A stretch of DNA of 64,000 nt from an uncultured bacterium (GTDB lineage: Bacteria; UBP14; UBA6098; B30-G16). The notes under the pieces were generated by a model. It was not told where the DNA came from and did no database searches. It saw only the letters and a program-made list of their open reading frames with translations. Shown in pieces: positions 18,378 through 28,752 of the stretch; the first letter of the stretch is position 1, and each line of letters opens with the position of its first letter. Location of the stretch: NCBI GenBank assembly GCA_964443405.1, contig CAYUDB010000001.1, positions 2,752-66,751 of the forward strand. The letters run 5' to 3'. The position numbers were made by a program, and so were the translations under genes.

Positions 18378-21300
18378 TTACCATGCCATCTCTATGCCAA
18401 GACGAATGTCGGTAGGTGTGCTCCAGTTCGCCGGATTTTTATCGTAATCGGTGCCGATGAGAGTATAGGTGCCGTCGGCATTGTAAACAATCCAGCTTTT
18501 ATCGGGTTCGCCTGTGTCGGAAGAAACTGCCAACACACTGCGCGAGTTTGTTACGTTGCCCACGAGTAAGTAGGCGCTGTAGTTGAATTTGCCAATGCGA
18601 AAATCTTTGTTCAGCTTCACATCGAGGTTGAACTGCGAGGGCATGCGAAGGATATTTGTTCTTTCCCATGCTTTTTCGCCAGGGCGAATTTCGTAATGTG
18701 GATTGTACTTTGAAGGTGTGTACGGATAACCACTACCCCAACTAAGCACACCGTTTATACCCCATCTGTCGGGCATTTTCAAACCGAACACTTCGGGATG
18801 CTCATCTTTTGAGGCACGCAAATCTACAACCAAGTTCACAAGATGGCGCTGATCCCAGTTGAGCGGCAAGTCGCGCAGAGGAATTGCAGATTGATCGAAG
18901 AGTGCATCGTAGCCGCTGCGTTCGGAAGAGCTTTTGCCATTGGCGAAAGCGAAGGTGTAGTTGAAGTTTACAGACCAATAATGCGAAAGTGCTTTGTCGA
19001 TGTTGAACTCCACACCGCGAGTGCGCGCATAATCGGAGTTTACATATACGGATTGTTCGAGAGGACCAATTCTCTGTTGAGATGTATTGAGCAAATCGTA
19101 GATGTCTTTGTAGTAGCCCGAAAACTGAACCGACCAGTTATCGGCAAAAGCATATGCAACACCAAGTTCGTATGCAACTGTCTTCTCAAACGAAAGGTTC
19201 GGGTTGCCCATAAGACGCCCTGCGCTTGAGCCTTGAGTAGGTGTTTGGTAGAAGTTGTCGAAACCCGGCAGCTGATAGAAGTGACCATAGCTGAAGAAAA
19301 GCTTAGATTTGTCGGTAATTGGATAGCTCATGCCCAAACGTGGCGAAACTTTTACTTTGGTGCGCGAAACTTTGTCGGTTTCCCACCAAGGCTCAAGGAA
19401 GACCGCGAGATCTTCTTGAATGGAATCGTTCATGACCTCATTTGCCTGAATAAGCGCGTCGAGACGCAAACCTATATTGGCAATAAGCCCGCCGTATTCC
19501 ATTTTGTCTTGAACATATGCCGCAAAAGTCATAGGTGTGCGCGTGTAGAAACTGCGGAAAATACCGTTGTCGGAATATGGCATGCCATCGTAAATGCCGT
19601 TGTATTTGGCTTCGGGATATTGAATTTCGTTCATGTTCATGCGAATCCATTGATACTCGATACCAGTTTTGACCAAATTGTTTTTGTCGAGCTGGTTGGA
19701 ATAATCGCCCTTCACCAAAATCATATCGACTGTTCTTTCATGCCACACAGCGTATCTGTCGTAACCGCGATACTGGAAACCCGAGTATTCGTCGTAGTTG
19801 GTGTTGCCGTTACGGTCGATGTATGGTTCCCAATCGTCGCGCAAATAGTTGGGACCATCATATTTGCCATTGCCATTGAGGTCTAAGAACGGCTCGCCAT
19901 ATTCGCTTACATCGTATCTGCCGTTGCCGTTTTCATCGTAATAGTTGCAATAGCCATCACGTGGGGTGTATTGACCATCGCCGTTGAGATCTTCGTATTC
20001 GCCCCAGTCAGCTGTGCCGTTATCGTTGGCGTCGTACCATGTGTATTCTTCGACAATGTTATTGCCGGGTGTATCGTAGTAGCTACCATAAACGTATTCG
20101 CCAACATCCTTTCTTCCATCCTCGTTGATATCAACCCATAAGGTTTCCATCACAAAAGGATATGGACCGGTGCCGTTTATGAGAGCCTGATAGCTCATTC
20201 CATAAGGATAACCGTCAAGGAACGGTTCACCATCCATAAACATTTCGCCAATATTGAAGCCGAAGAAACTGGAATATGGCGAGTTGAAATTTGTCGTGCG
20301 AGGCTCAAATATACCGTTGGCGTTCCAGTCGAACCAAGGTTCTTCGCCAATCTGCGGGCGTAATGTGTCGCTGAAAAGTGTGTCGGTGCGAATGATTGAG
20401 TCGCGCAATGCAGGGTTATTCCAAATTGTGTCCACACGCGAGATGTTCGGTTCCCAATATTCGCCGAAATCCCACATGCCATTGCCGTTTATGTCTATCC
20501 ATTGGACACGCACATTGGCAATACCATCGTTGTTCACGTCCACCCAATCGTCGAGTGTGCGCCAAGCGGAACTGTCGGTGGCGAAATCGCCAGGGGTAAG
20601 CCCACCTGGGCTATACGTTCTATCGTTGCGGAAATATCCGAAGCGAAGCTCGTAGAACGATTTTTGCGTAACATTGTGCGTAATGTTCAACGCTGCCTGA
20701 TATGAACTTTGCGTGCTCAAATACGCAAACTCTGGGCAGTAGTAATAGTACCAGTTGAAAGTGCGCCAACGCGACCAGTTGCCGTTGAACGACAACACAT
20801 AACGGAAGGAAGGCGTGATGTATTGCTTGAGTTTTATGGTAGCTTGGTATTGGTTCACTCGTTTTTCGGGGAAGAAACCGTACCAATCGTAGTCGATGTT
20901 GTAGGGTGAAACGAGATCGTCGGTTGTGGCTATAGGTGCGCCACCGTTCTCGTAATCGAGATCGAAGACTTTATTGTAAGGCGTTGTGCCATCAGAATTT
21001 TCGCCGGTGATTGAGAAGAAATATGAGATTCTTTTGTCGCGTGGCATTTTGAAGCCGAACACAGGCAAAAGATATGTGGACACAGGTTCGGGACCTGAAA
21101 GTGAGAATTCGAGTTTGTCGGCATTTGTGGTAAACTTGTTCAAAGCATCGATGCGGAAATTTGTGGTGCTGTAACCCAAAGAGCCAGAAACTTTATTCGG
21201 GTCGCCTTCTTTTGTGATGATCGAGACGATAGCTGAAAGTGCACCGCCATATTCAGCATTGAAGGTACCGGTTTGCACCTGAACTTCTTGCACAGAGCTT

Positions 21301-21911
21301 TTCGACACATCCATTGCCTGACCACCATAAGTGGGGTCGTTAACTGTCATGCCGTCAACGCTATATTGGACTTCTGAGCCTCTGCCACCACGGAAGTGGA
21401 GTTCACTACCCTGACGCTTGACACCAGATTTTGTGGCAATGACTTCTGAGACCGAGTTGAAAGCACCTTTTTGGATGTCTTCGGCAGAAGTTGTTGAACT
21501 TGAGCCGGTTACATCGCGCTTGACGAGGTCGGTTTTCTGAGCGCTCACAACCATTTCCTCGCCTTTCATAGCTTCCGACTTCAATTTGACGTTTGCAGTA
21601 GAAGTTCTGTCGGCGCTTACGGAAATACGTTGAACCGTCATTGTGGCATAGCCCACCGAAGAGACGATTATATCGTAGAAGCCGGGACGAACATCAAGAA
21701 ACAGATAGTTACCATCGAGGTCGGTGGTGGAATAGTTGATGGTATCTTTGGTGCCCGGATTGATGAGCATAACATCGGCAGCAGCAACTGCATCTCCATC
21801 GTCGTCAATAACTTCGCCGACGATTTTTCCGGTTGTTCCTGCGAATAGAGCACCTAAGAACGACATTATGGCAAGCATGAAAGCTGCCAAAAACATGCCA
21901 GTCCTTCGCAT
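18378..21911 (-). CDS. Giant TonB-dependent-receptor-like outer-membrane protein (1177 aa): N-terminal carboxypeptidase-regulatory-like domain, plug, beta-barrel, and inserted Asp/Asn-rich calcium-binding (thrombospondin-type-3/EF-hand-like) repeats
   Basis: N-terminus after the signal peptide, TGKIVGEVIDDDGDAVAAADVMLINPGT...DLDGNYLF...GFYDIIVSSVGYAT, is a CarbopepD_reg-like fold. The plug-like segment is VVSAQK...RQGSELHFRGGRGSEVQYSVDGMTVND. The terminal aromatic (…RLGIEMAW) fits an OMP barrel. The middle region carries DANDNGTADWGEYEDLNGDGQYT, DENGNGRYDVSEYGEPFLDLNGNGKYDG and YIDRNGNTNYDEY. Confidence 0.65.
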   Translation of the reverse strand: MRRTGMFLAAFMLAIMSFLGALFAGTTGKIVGEVIDDDGDAVAAADVMLINPGTKDTINYSTTDLDGNYLFLDVRPGFYDIIVSSVGYATMTVQRISVSADRTSTANVKLKSEAMKGEEMVVSAQKTDLVKRDVTGSSSTTSAEDIQKGAFNSVSEVIATKSGVKRQGSELHFRGGRGSEVQYSVDGMTVNDPTYGGQAMDVSKSSVQEVQVQTGTFNAEYGGALSAIVSIITKEGDPNKVSGSLGYSTTNFRIDALNKFTTNADKLEFSLSGPEPVSTYLLPVFGFKMPRDKRISYFFSITGENSDGTTPYNKVFDLDYENGGAPIATTDDLVSPYNIDYDWYGFFPEKRVNQYQATIKLKQYITPSFRYVLSFNGNWSRWRTFNWYYYYCPEFAYLSTQSSYQAALNITHNVTQKSFYELRFGYFRNDRTYSPGGLTPGDFATDSSAWRTLDDWVDVNNDGIANVRVQWIDINGNGMWDFGEYWEPNISRVDTIWNNPALRDSIIRTDTLFSDTLRPQIGEEPWFDWNANGIFEPRTTNFNSPYSSFFGFNIGEMFMDGEPFLDGYPYGMSYQALINGTGPYPFVMETLWVDINEDGRKDVGEYVYGSYYDTPGNNIVEEYTWYDANDNGTADWGEYEDLNGDGQYTPRDGYCNYYDENGNGRYDVSEYGEPFLDLNGNGKYDGPNYLRDDWEPYIDRNGNTNYDEYSGFQYRGYDRYAVWHERTVDMILVKGDYSNQLDKNNLVKTGIEYQWIRMNMNEIQYPEAKYNGIYDGMPYSDNGIFRSFYTRTPMTFAAYVQDKMEYGGLIANIGLRLDALIQANEVMNDSIQEDLAVFLEPWWETDKVSRTKVKVSPRLGMSYPITDKSKLFFSYGHFYQLPGFDNFYQTPTQGSSAGRLMGNPNLSFEKTVAYELGVAYAFADNWSVQFSGYYKDIYDLLNTSQQRIGPLEQSVYVNSDYARTRGVEFNIDKALSHYWSVNFNYTFAFANGKSSSERSGYDALFDQSAIPLRDLPLNWDQRHLVNLVVDLRASKDEHPEVFGLKMPDRWGINGVLSWGSGYPYTPSKYNPHYEIRPGEKAWERTNILRMPSQFNLDVKLNKDFRIGKFNYSAYLLVGNVTNSRSVLAVSSDTGEPDKSWIVYNADGTYTLIGTDYDKNPANWSTPTDIRLGIEMAW

Positions 21912-22506
21912 TGTAATACCCCCCTACGCATTTGTTAATCAATATGTAATTACGAAATCAAGCCCCTTATGTCAACGCTATTTGACAATTATTTAATTTC
22001 CAGCAAACAAGCTCTAAAAAATATTTTATCAAAAAAAAATTTCAATACCTTTTTCGCACCTGTCGATTTTTTATTCTGAAAATTGTGAGCTGCCCAAATT
22101 TCTATTCCAACACGATGATAGCATCGCGACTTTCATTGCAGCTGTGCCAAAACCAGCCATTACCACGGCGCAAAACAGTAAAACATTCTATTTTTCAATA
22201 ACTTAGTTTTGCAGCATTTTGATCTTCACTTCAACGGAGCGTCCGGTGACAAAAACCTGCCGCCCTTTTTTTGCTCTTCGTGCCGTTTCTCCCCCGTGTG
22301 AAGAAAATGAAACTGATTACGATGGGCTTATGCAGCGGCATACGAAGCGTGCGTTTCAGTAATTTGCCATCTTATCATTCGAAACTTTCCACAAATCTCA
22401 ATAAGAGCAGACAGCGTAAAGGTGCCAGTTGGCACTGGTGGAGACAAAAACTTTGATTTTTGGGAAAAATGCTGTAATTTATTTTATGATCTTTGCAAGG
22501 TGGAAA

Positions 22507-23607
22507 ATGGCTTTTTACGACGAAAATGTTTATGCAGCAATGGGTTTATGCTTGGTACGCGGAATTGGCGCAAATATGTTTGCGCAATTGTGCAAGACCT
22601 TTGGCAGCGCAAAGGATGTGATAAATGCCGATTTTGAAACATTAGCTCAGTCTTTGGGCAATGATATGGCACAAAAGATTGCGAATTGCCGACAAAACGA
22701 TGCCATCGACAAAAAACTAGAGAGCTGCGAAAAATTGGGCATTGATGTTTTGGTTTATGGCACACGCGAATATCCCGCACGTTTGCTCGATATTTATTCG
22801 CCACCACCGCTTCTGTTCATGCGCGGCACAATCGAAACACAAGATGACCGTGCTGTTGCAATTGTAGGCACAAGACGACCAACTCATTACGGCATACGTG
22901 CTTGCGAAAGCATTTGCGCCGAACTCGCTGCCTCAGGGGTAACTATAGTTTCGGGGCTTGCTTCGGGCATAGATGGTGAAGCACACAGAACAGCACTTTC
23001 GGCAGGTGGCAGAACCATTGCTATTTTAGGCTCCGCTATCGACAACATTTACCCAGCCGACCACAAAACATTAGCCGCACAAATTATCGAACACGGCGCT
23101 CTTATTTCAGAATATCCACCTGGTACAGCGACACATCCATCAAATTTTCCGCATAGGAACAGAATAATAAGCGCGCTCTCACTGGGAGTACTTGTTGTGG
23201 AAGCAGGGTTAAAAAGCGGCGCACTCATTACCACGCAGCACGCAGCCGAACAAGGACGTGAGGTTTTCGCAGTGCCGGGCACACTTTTTGCCGAAAGCAG
23301 CGCCGGCACAAACAAACTCATCAAAGATGGCGCCAAATGCGTTACCACAGCGCAGGACATACTCGATGCACTTTCAATGCCAACGCTCACTATCCCGCAG
23401 GTGAACGAAGCCGCCACAAAAGTGAAAACCCTCACCGGTGTTGCCAAAACTCTTTTCGATACGCTCACTAACGAACCCATGCACATCGATGCACTGGTCC
23501 GCGAGGCGCACGTAGATTTGCCCGCAGCACTCACTGCGCTTCTTGTGCTCGAATTCGAAGGCATAGTGCGCCAACTCCCAGGTAAGCTTTTCGTGCGAAA
23601 TATCTAA
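22507..23607 (+). CDS. dprA: DNA-processing protein DprA (Smf)
   Basis: ATG at 22507 with AAGGTGGAAA RBS. The Rossmann-like DprA core (VAIVGTRRPTHYGIRACESICAELAASGVTIVSGLASGIDGEAHRTALSAGGRTIAILGSAID...FPHRNRIISALSLGVLVVEAGLKSGALITTQHAAEQGREVFAVPG) is diagnostic of the family. Confidence 0.9.
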   Translation: MAFYDENVYAAMGLCLVRGIGANMFAQLCKTFGSAKDVINADFETLAQSLGNDMAQKIANCRQNDAIDKKLESCEKLGIDVLVYGTREYPARLLDIYSPPPLLFMRGTIETQDDRAVAIVGTRRPTHYGIRACESICAELAASGVTIVSGLASGIDGEAHRTALSAGGRTIAILGSAIDNIYPADHKTLAAQIIEHGALISEYPPGTATHPSNFPHRNRIISALSLGVLVVEAGLKSGALITTQHAAEQGREVFAVPGTLFAESSAGTNKLIKDGAKCVTTAQDILDALSMPTLTIPQVNEAATKVKTLTGVAKTLFDTLTNEPMHIDALVREAHVDLPAALTALLVLEFEGIVRQLPGKLFVRNI

Positions 23608-23910
23608 AACACAGTGATTTTTCCATCGCACAGTCGCTACAATTTTTCACATTGGCGATATTTGAAAATGTGCGTGAGTGAAATTTTGTGATTGTGGAAT
23701 CTTTTGGGCATGTTGTGAATGGTGAAATTACGATAATTTGATTTTTAGGATTAATCTACACTCTCATTTTTTGCTCAAAAAGTAGCAAATAGCGGCTTTT
23801 TTATGCGTTATTTTTGGTACGAGCCCTTCGAACGTGACGTGATGCTCGACAAAAAACTTGATTTGTGAAGGAAAAATGTTTGCTTTAATAAATATTTTCG
23901 TGGAGTTGAA

Positions 23911-26253
23911 ATGAGAAAATTTAGCGTTGTCATCGCCGCAATTGCAACGTTTTGCGCAGTTTGCGCAGCCCAAAGCCTCGTAAAAATCCCGTATTCTGCC
24001 AAAGATAAACTCGATTTCACAACACTCGATATAGCATTCACGCGTGCGGGCGCGTATTTTTTGGCTGTGGCGGATGACGCAACGGTTACTAGATTTGCAC
24101 AACAGCATATTCCATATGAAGTTATTCACGAAAACCTACCAGAATTCTATGTTTCACGTTTTGCTCCAGTTGACTATGGTGGTTATCACACATATGCACA
24201 GATAATCGCTGCAATCGATTCTATGCAAATGCTCTATCCAGAAATTATTTCTCAAAAATTTTCGATTGGTACAACAACACAGGGACGCGATATCTGGGCT
24301 ATAAAAATCTCCGATAATCCCACTTACGATGAAGATGAGCCAGAAGTTTTGTTCGATTTCAACATTCACGCGCGCGAGGTAATTGGTTTTGAGCTATCAC
24401 TTTACTTCTTGAGCTGGCTTTGCGACAACTACGGCACAGATCCGCTTGCGCGATTTATCGTTGATGAACGTGAGGTATTTATGGTTCCGGTGCTCAACCC
24501 CGACGGCGTTTTGATAAATGAAGCACTCTACCCTTCTGGCGGGGGCACATGGAGAAAAAACACACGTGATAACAACGCTTCCGGTGCTTTCGAAATCGCT
24601 TCGGATGGCGTTGATCTCAACAGGAATTTTGGTTACATGTGGGGTGTCGGCGGCTCATCAAGCACACCTAGCGACGACACCTACATGGGTCCCTCAGATT
24701 TTTCCGAGCCGGAGACACGCGCTATACGCGATTTTTGTGCGGCACATGAAATTCGATTTTACATGAACGTGCACAGCTTTTCCAACTACTATCTTTTCCC
24801 ATGGGGTTACACAGCCGACCACTGCGCCGATTATGATTATTTCATGCTGATAACCGATTGGATGGCAAGCAGAAATGGCTATGTACACGGCGATGCTTTC
24901 ACAACCATCTACATGGTTTCGGGTGGCAGTTTCGACTGGAGTTATGGCGAAGAAAGCATTTATGGTCTTTCACCCGAAATAGGTGGCGAAGAAGACGGTT
25001 TTTGGCCCTCAACCGATCGCATTATTCCACTATGTGAAGAAAACCTGCTCGCTTGCATAGTGCATTGTCTGGTGGCAGGTTATGCGCCACGCGCAATGAG
25101 CGCCACCGTAAGCGAGATTAGCGGTGATGGCGACGGTTGTTGCGACGTGGGCGAAAGCGCAAACATCGACGTATCGCTCATAAACTTAGGTTTGGATGCG
25201 GCAAGTGGGGTTACAGTGCTCGCACGTGCTATAACTCCCGGCATAATTTTCATTGAGAGCCTAAAAACTGTGTCCGCGCCAATTGCGCCAAAGGGCGGTG
25301 TCGCAACAGTTTCGAATTTTATCTGTCGTCTGGCACCACCGCTTTTACCGGGCAGCACAGCCAGAGTCGAATTCACCGTTCGCACAGCTGAGGGTTATTC
25401 CATGCCCGACACACTGTCATTTTTGGTAGGCACTCCCCTAACTGTAACTAGCGTTACTTACGACGCAGGTTCGGCAGGATGGACACTTTCGGGCGACTGG
25501 CAAATAGGCGCATCCGAACGACCACTGCCGCACAGCGCACCTGCAATTTTAGCCACGCGCCTCAACGAAACCTATTCGAATAACCGCCTTTCCGAGGCGA
25601 TAAGCCCTATTTTTTACATTCCTACCGAAGGTTTTGCGCCCGAACTGACTTTTTGGCAGCTACTCGCAATCGAAGGCAGTGCGGCTCTTGTTTACGACGG
25701 CGGAAACGTAAAAATACGCCGACGTGGCGAAACTTCTTGGCGCATTATTTTTCCTGATGGTGGATATACAGGCACTTGTTATACATCAAACCCACATATT
25801 GGCGGCGAGCCGGCTTTTTCAGGAAACACGTACGAATGGGTGTTTACACGCTTTCCGCTTGATGATTTTGTTGGCGACAGTGTGCAGTTCAAATTCGTTT
25901 TCGGCACCGATCTTTACGTAGGCTATGAAGGTTGGCACATCGACGACTTATCCATTCGTGCCTATGAACCAGAGACAACGGCAAACATCGACGAAATTGT
26001 AGCGCGCCCAACATCTTTGAATATTCACATATCGCCAAACCCATTCAACTCCATATGCCACATATCATTTGCACCAATTGCGCGCGCAAGAAAGCTGCAA
26101 ATATTCGACATTCACGGGAAAATTGTTGCAACACAAACAGTTCCATCGAATTCAACCCACATTGCCTTCGATGGCGCGAATATAAACTCGGGGCTCTATC
26201 TCGTCACTTTTGAGGGCGAAACTAACTGCACAAAATTGATTTTACTCGAATAA
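23911..26253 (+). CDS. Zinc carboxypeptidase (peptidase M14) with T9SS C-terminal sorting domain
   Basis: Signal peptide MRKFSVVIAAIATFCAVCAA. M14 motifs (NIHAREVIG, DLNRNFGYMW, NVHSFSNYYLFPWGY). The C-terminus (ISPNPFNSICHISF...LQIFDIHGKIVATQ...NSGLYLVTFEGET...LILLE) is a T9SS CTD. Confidence 0.85.
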   Translation: MRKFSVVIAAIATFCAVCAAQSLVKIPYSAKDKLDFTTLDIAFTRAGAYFLAVADDATVTRFAQQHIPYEVIHENLPEFYVSRFAPVDYGGYHTYAQIIAAIDSMQMLYPEIISQKFSIGTTTQGRDIWAIKISDNPTYDEDEPEVLFDFNIHAREVIGFELSLYFLSWLCDNYGTDPLARFIVDEREVFMVPVLNPDGVLINEALYPSGGGTWRKNTRDNNASGAFEIASDGVDLNRNFGYMWGVGGSSSTPSDDTYMGPSDFSEPETRAIRDFCAAHEIRFYMNVHSFSNYYLFPWGYTADHCADYDYFMLITDWMASRNGYVHGDAFTTIYMVSGGSFDWSYGEESIYGLSPEIGGEEDGFWPSTDRIIPLCEENLLACIVHCLVAGYAPRAMSATVSEISGDGDGCCDVGESANIDVSLINLGLDAASGVTVLARAITPGIIFIESLKTVSAPIAPKGGVATVSNFICRLAPPLLPGSTARVEFTVRTAEGYSMPDTLSFLVGTPLTVTSVTYDAGSAGWTLSGDWQIGASERPLPHSAPAILATRLNETYSNNRLSEAISPIFYIPTEGFAPELTFWQLLAIEGSAALVYDGGNVKIRRRGETSWRIIFPDGGYTGTCYTSNPHIGGEPAFSGNTYEWVFTRFPLDDFVGDSVQFKFVFGTDLYVGYEGWHIDDLSIRAYEPETTANIDEIVARPTSLNIHISPNPFNSICHISFAPIARARKLQIFDIHGKIVATQTVPSNSTHIAFDGANINSGLYLVTFEGETNCTKLILLE

Positions 26254-26302
26254 GGCATCGCAAAATTTTTGATTACACTGCCAATAAAAAAGTAGTTTTA
26301 AT

Positions 26303-27541
26303 ATGAAAAGCATGTTTGAAGGCAAAAAAATCTTGTTGGGTGTATGTGGTTCTGTTGCTGCGTACAAGGCAATTGTGCTTGGGCGTGCACTGGAGAAATC
26401 TGGTGCAACAGTTCGTGTTGCGCTCACTGCCAACGCTGCAAAATTCGTAACTCCATTGCAATTTCGATCAGCACTACGTTGTGAAGTAACTGTAGATGAG
26501 TTTTCACAGCCAAACGAATGGAGCCTCGAGCACATATCATGGGCACGCTGGGCAGACACTTATCTCATCGCACCTGCAACTGCAAATGTGATAGGCAAAT
26601 GCGCCAACGGCATCGCCGACGACTTTGTCACAACCACGGCACTTGCTGCCACCTGCCCTGTTATTTTTGTGCCGGCGATGAACACCGTCATGTTCACACA
26701 CGCGACTGTGCAGCGTAACATCTTACAGCTCAAAAAATTCGGCTATCACGTGATGGAAACTGCCACAGGCGAGCTAGCTTGTGGCGAATTTGGTGCCGGG
26801 CGTTTTCCCGATATTCCTCACATTATCGATTACGTATTGCCGTTTTTTCATGTTTCCGACGCGTTTCGCAATGCACATGTGCTTATAACCGCTGGTCCAA
26901 CACACGAATACATCGATGACGTGCGTTTTTTGTCAAATGCTTCTACAGGGAAAATGGGCTTAGCCTTAGCACGCGCTTTTCTGACTTTCGGCGCTAAGGT
27001 TACTCTCGTAACCGGTCCCATCACCGAAACCATCCCGTTCGGAGCACGCGAAATTCGTGTTGTCTCTGCTGCAGAAATGTTCGAAGCCACCATACAAGAA
27101 TTTGCCAACTGCAACTTAGCTATTATGGCTGCTGCTGTCGCTGATTATACTCCTAAATTGAGAACGCAGGGAAAAATTAAGAAAAACTCCGACACATTAA
27201 CCCTCGAGTTTGCAAGAACTCGCGACATACTCGCCGAGCTTGGCAAAATCAAGGGCAAACAGCTACTAATTGGTTTTGCGCTCGAAAGCTCGAACGTGGA
27301 ACTCTATGCCCGTGAAAAACTTGCATCCAAAAACCTCGACGCTATCGTGGCAAACTCGCCATCGCCATGCACCGGTTTTGGCGCCGCCACAAATGCCGGC
27401 ACACTCTTTTTTCGTGATGGCACGCAAGTCAATTTGCCGCTCGAGAGTAAGCAGGAAATGGCTTTTCGCATTGCCAGCCTTTTAGCAGCGATTGCGCCAC
27501 CTGCTCAAAATGATTCTGAAGCAGCTTCGCCTACAAGATAA
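26303..27541 (+). CDS. coaBC: Bifunctional phosphopantothenoylcysteine decarboxylase / phosphopantothenate-cysteine ligase
   Basis: N-terminal flavoprotein half (KKILLGVCGSVAAYKAIVLGRALEKSGATVRVALTANAAKFVTPLQF) and CoaB ligase half (HVLITAGPTHEYIDDVRFLSNASTGKMGLALA...IMAAAVADY), 412 aa in total. Confidence 0.9.
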   Translation: MKSMFEGKKILLGVCGSVAAYKAIVLGRALEKSGATVRVALTANAAKFVTPLQFRSALRCEVTVDEFSQPNEWSLEHISWARWADTYLIAPATANVIGKCANGIADDFVTTTALAATCPVIFVPAMNTVMFTHATVQRNILQLKKFGYHVMETATGELACGEFGAGRFPDIPHIIDYVLPFFHVSDAFRNAHVLITAGPTHEYIDDVRFLSNASTGKMGLALARAFLTFGAKVTLVTGPITETIPFGAREIRVVSAAEMFEATIQEFANCNLAIMAAAVADYTPKLRTQGKIKKNSDTLTLEFARTRDILAELGKIKGKQLLIGFALESSNVELYAREKLASKNLDAIVANSPSPCTGFGAATNAGTLFFRDGTQVNLPLESKQEMAFRIASLLAAIAPPAQNDSEAASPTR

Positions 27542-27747
27542 TTATTTCAACACCAATAACTAATATTACGCAGTAGCAGTTTTAAAAATCGCTATCATGT
27601 GTGTTATTTTTGAATTTCTGAAAATATGTACTAATCACCAAATTCAACAGTTACGTCAAAGTGCGTACCCTTTTGTAAAGCACGCTAATACAAGAAATTT
27701 TGTCATGTAGCATTCCATTTTCAACGATGCTGCATGCCAAGCAAAAC

Positions 27748-27786
27748 CTTCCACAACAAAAACCACCAAACTCTCGCTTGGTGGTT
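27748..27786 (-). terminator. Rho-independent terminator for the SPFH gene (stem AACCACCAAGCG/…GTTTGGTGGTT followed by TTTTTGTTG on the minus strand). It also lies downstream of the convergent coaBC gene.
   Basis: Hairpin and T-run seen directly in the convergent intergenic region 27542-27831. Confidence 0.6.
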
Positions 27787-27831
27787 CTTCGTAAAATTTT
27801 GGCAGACGACAAACATCGCCGCAAATGCTTG

Positions 27832-28752
27832 CTAATCAACCTTTTTGATGACATTAGTGAGCGCTGCGATGGTGCCGGCAATGTCCGATAGGTTTGACGG
27901 TATAATCATGGTATTGTTGGACTTGGCAAGGTGTCCGAATTGCATGATCCACTGCTCGGCAATGCGCAAGTTGACAGCCTCTTTGCCGTTAGTAGAGCCG
28001 ATAGCGTTTGCAATTTCGCGAATACCAGCGGCGGTGGCAACTGCAACAAGCTCAATCTCTTTCGAGCGACCAGTTGCCTCGTTGATACGTTTTTGCATTT
28101 CGCCTTCCGAAACAAGTGTCATTTCTTGGCGATCGCCTTCGGCGCGGTTAATTTTGGACTGACGTTCCCCTTCGGATAACGCTATTTGCGCGCGCTTTTC
28201 GCGTTCGGCACGCATTTGCTTTTCCATAGCTTCTTGCACAGAAGTGGGCGGCGTGATGTTGCGGATTTCGTAACGGGTTACCTTGATGCCCCATGGATCT
28301 GAAGCCTTATCCACAGCATCTACGACATTGCCGTTGATGGATTCGCGCTCGACGAAGGTTTTGTCCAAATCGAGCTTACCGATTTCGGAACGCATGGTGG
28401 TCATTGCAATTTGCGTTACGGCAAAAACGTAATTGCTTATGCCATAAACCGCTTTTACAGGATCCATCACGCGCATGTACAAAATGCCGTCCACCTCGAC
28501 CGAAACATTGTCTTTGGTGATGCAGATTTGCGGCGGCACGTCTATAGCCATTTCCTTTAGGCTCACTTTGTAGGCAACTTTGTCGATGAACGGGATGAGA
28601 ATGTGAAAACCCGCATCGAGTGTTTTTGAATATTTGCCCAAAGTTTCGACAATGTAAGCACTTTTCTGTGGAACAATACGTGCAGTTTTAAATAACGTTA
28701 TCAGCACAAAAAAAATGCCGATAATAATGATCCAAACAATCGCAGCTTCCAT
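27832..28752 (-). CDS. SPFH/band-7 (stomatin/prohibitin-like) membrane protein
   Basis: RBS GGGGAGGA. N-terminal TM helix followed by the band-7 core (IVPQKSAYIVETLGKY...GFHILIPFIDKVAYKVSLKE...ITKDNVSVEVDGILYMRV) and a coiled-coil tail. Confidence 0.88.
   Translation of the reverse strand: MEAAIVWIIIIGIFFVLITLFKTARIVPQKSAYIVETLGKYSKTLDAGFHILIPFIDKVAYKVSLKEMAIDVPPQICITKDNVSVEVDGILYMRVMDPVKAVYGISNYVFAVTQIAMTTMRSEIGKLDLDKTFVERESINGNVVDAVDKASDPWGIKVTRYEIRNITPPTSVQEAMEKQMRAEREKRAQIALSEGERQSKINRAEGDRQEMTLVSEGEMQKRINEATGRSKEIELVAVATAAGIREIANAIGSTNGKEAVNLRIAEQWIMQFGHLAKSNNTMIIPSNLSDIAGTIAALTNVIKKVD

Noticed and set aside
21912-22200. Cobalamin or other riboswitch in the leader of the TonB-dependent receptor operon
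   Set aside because: No B12-box or other recognisable riboswitch core is visible in the minus-strand leader. The receptor also lacks BtuB-specific features.
22421-22436. Sigma-54 promoter at the GTGCCAGTTGGCAC palindrome upstream of dprA
   Set aside because: It contains TGGCAC on both strands, but neither strand has a GC dinucleotide at the required -12 spacing (GG-N10-GC). It is more likely a palindromic protein-binding site than a sigma-54 promoter.
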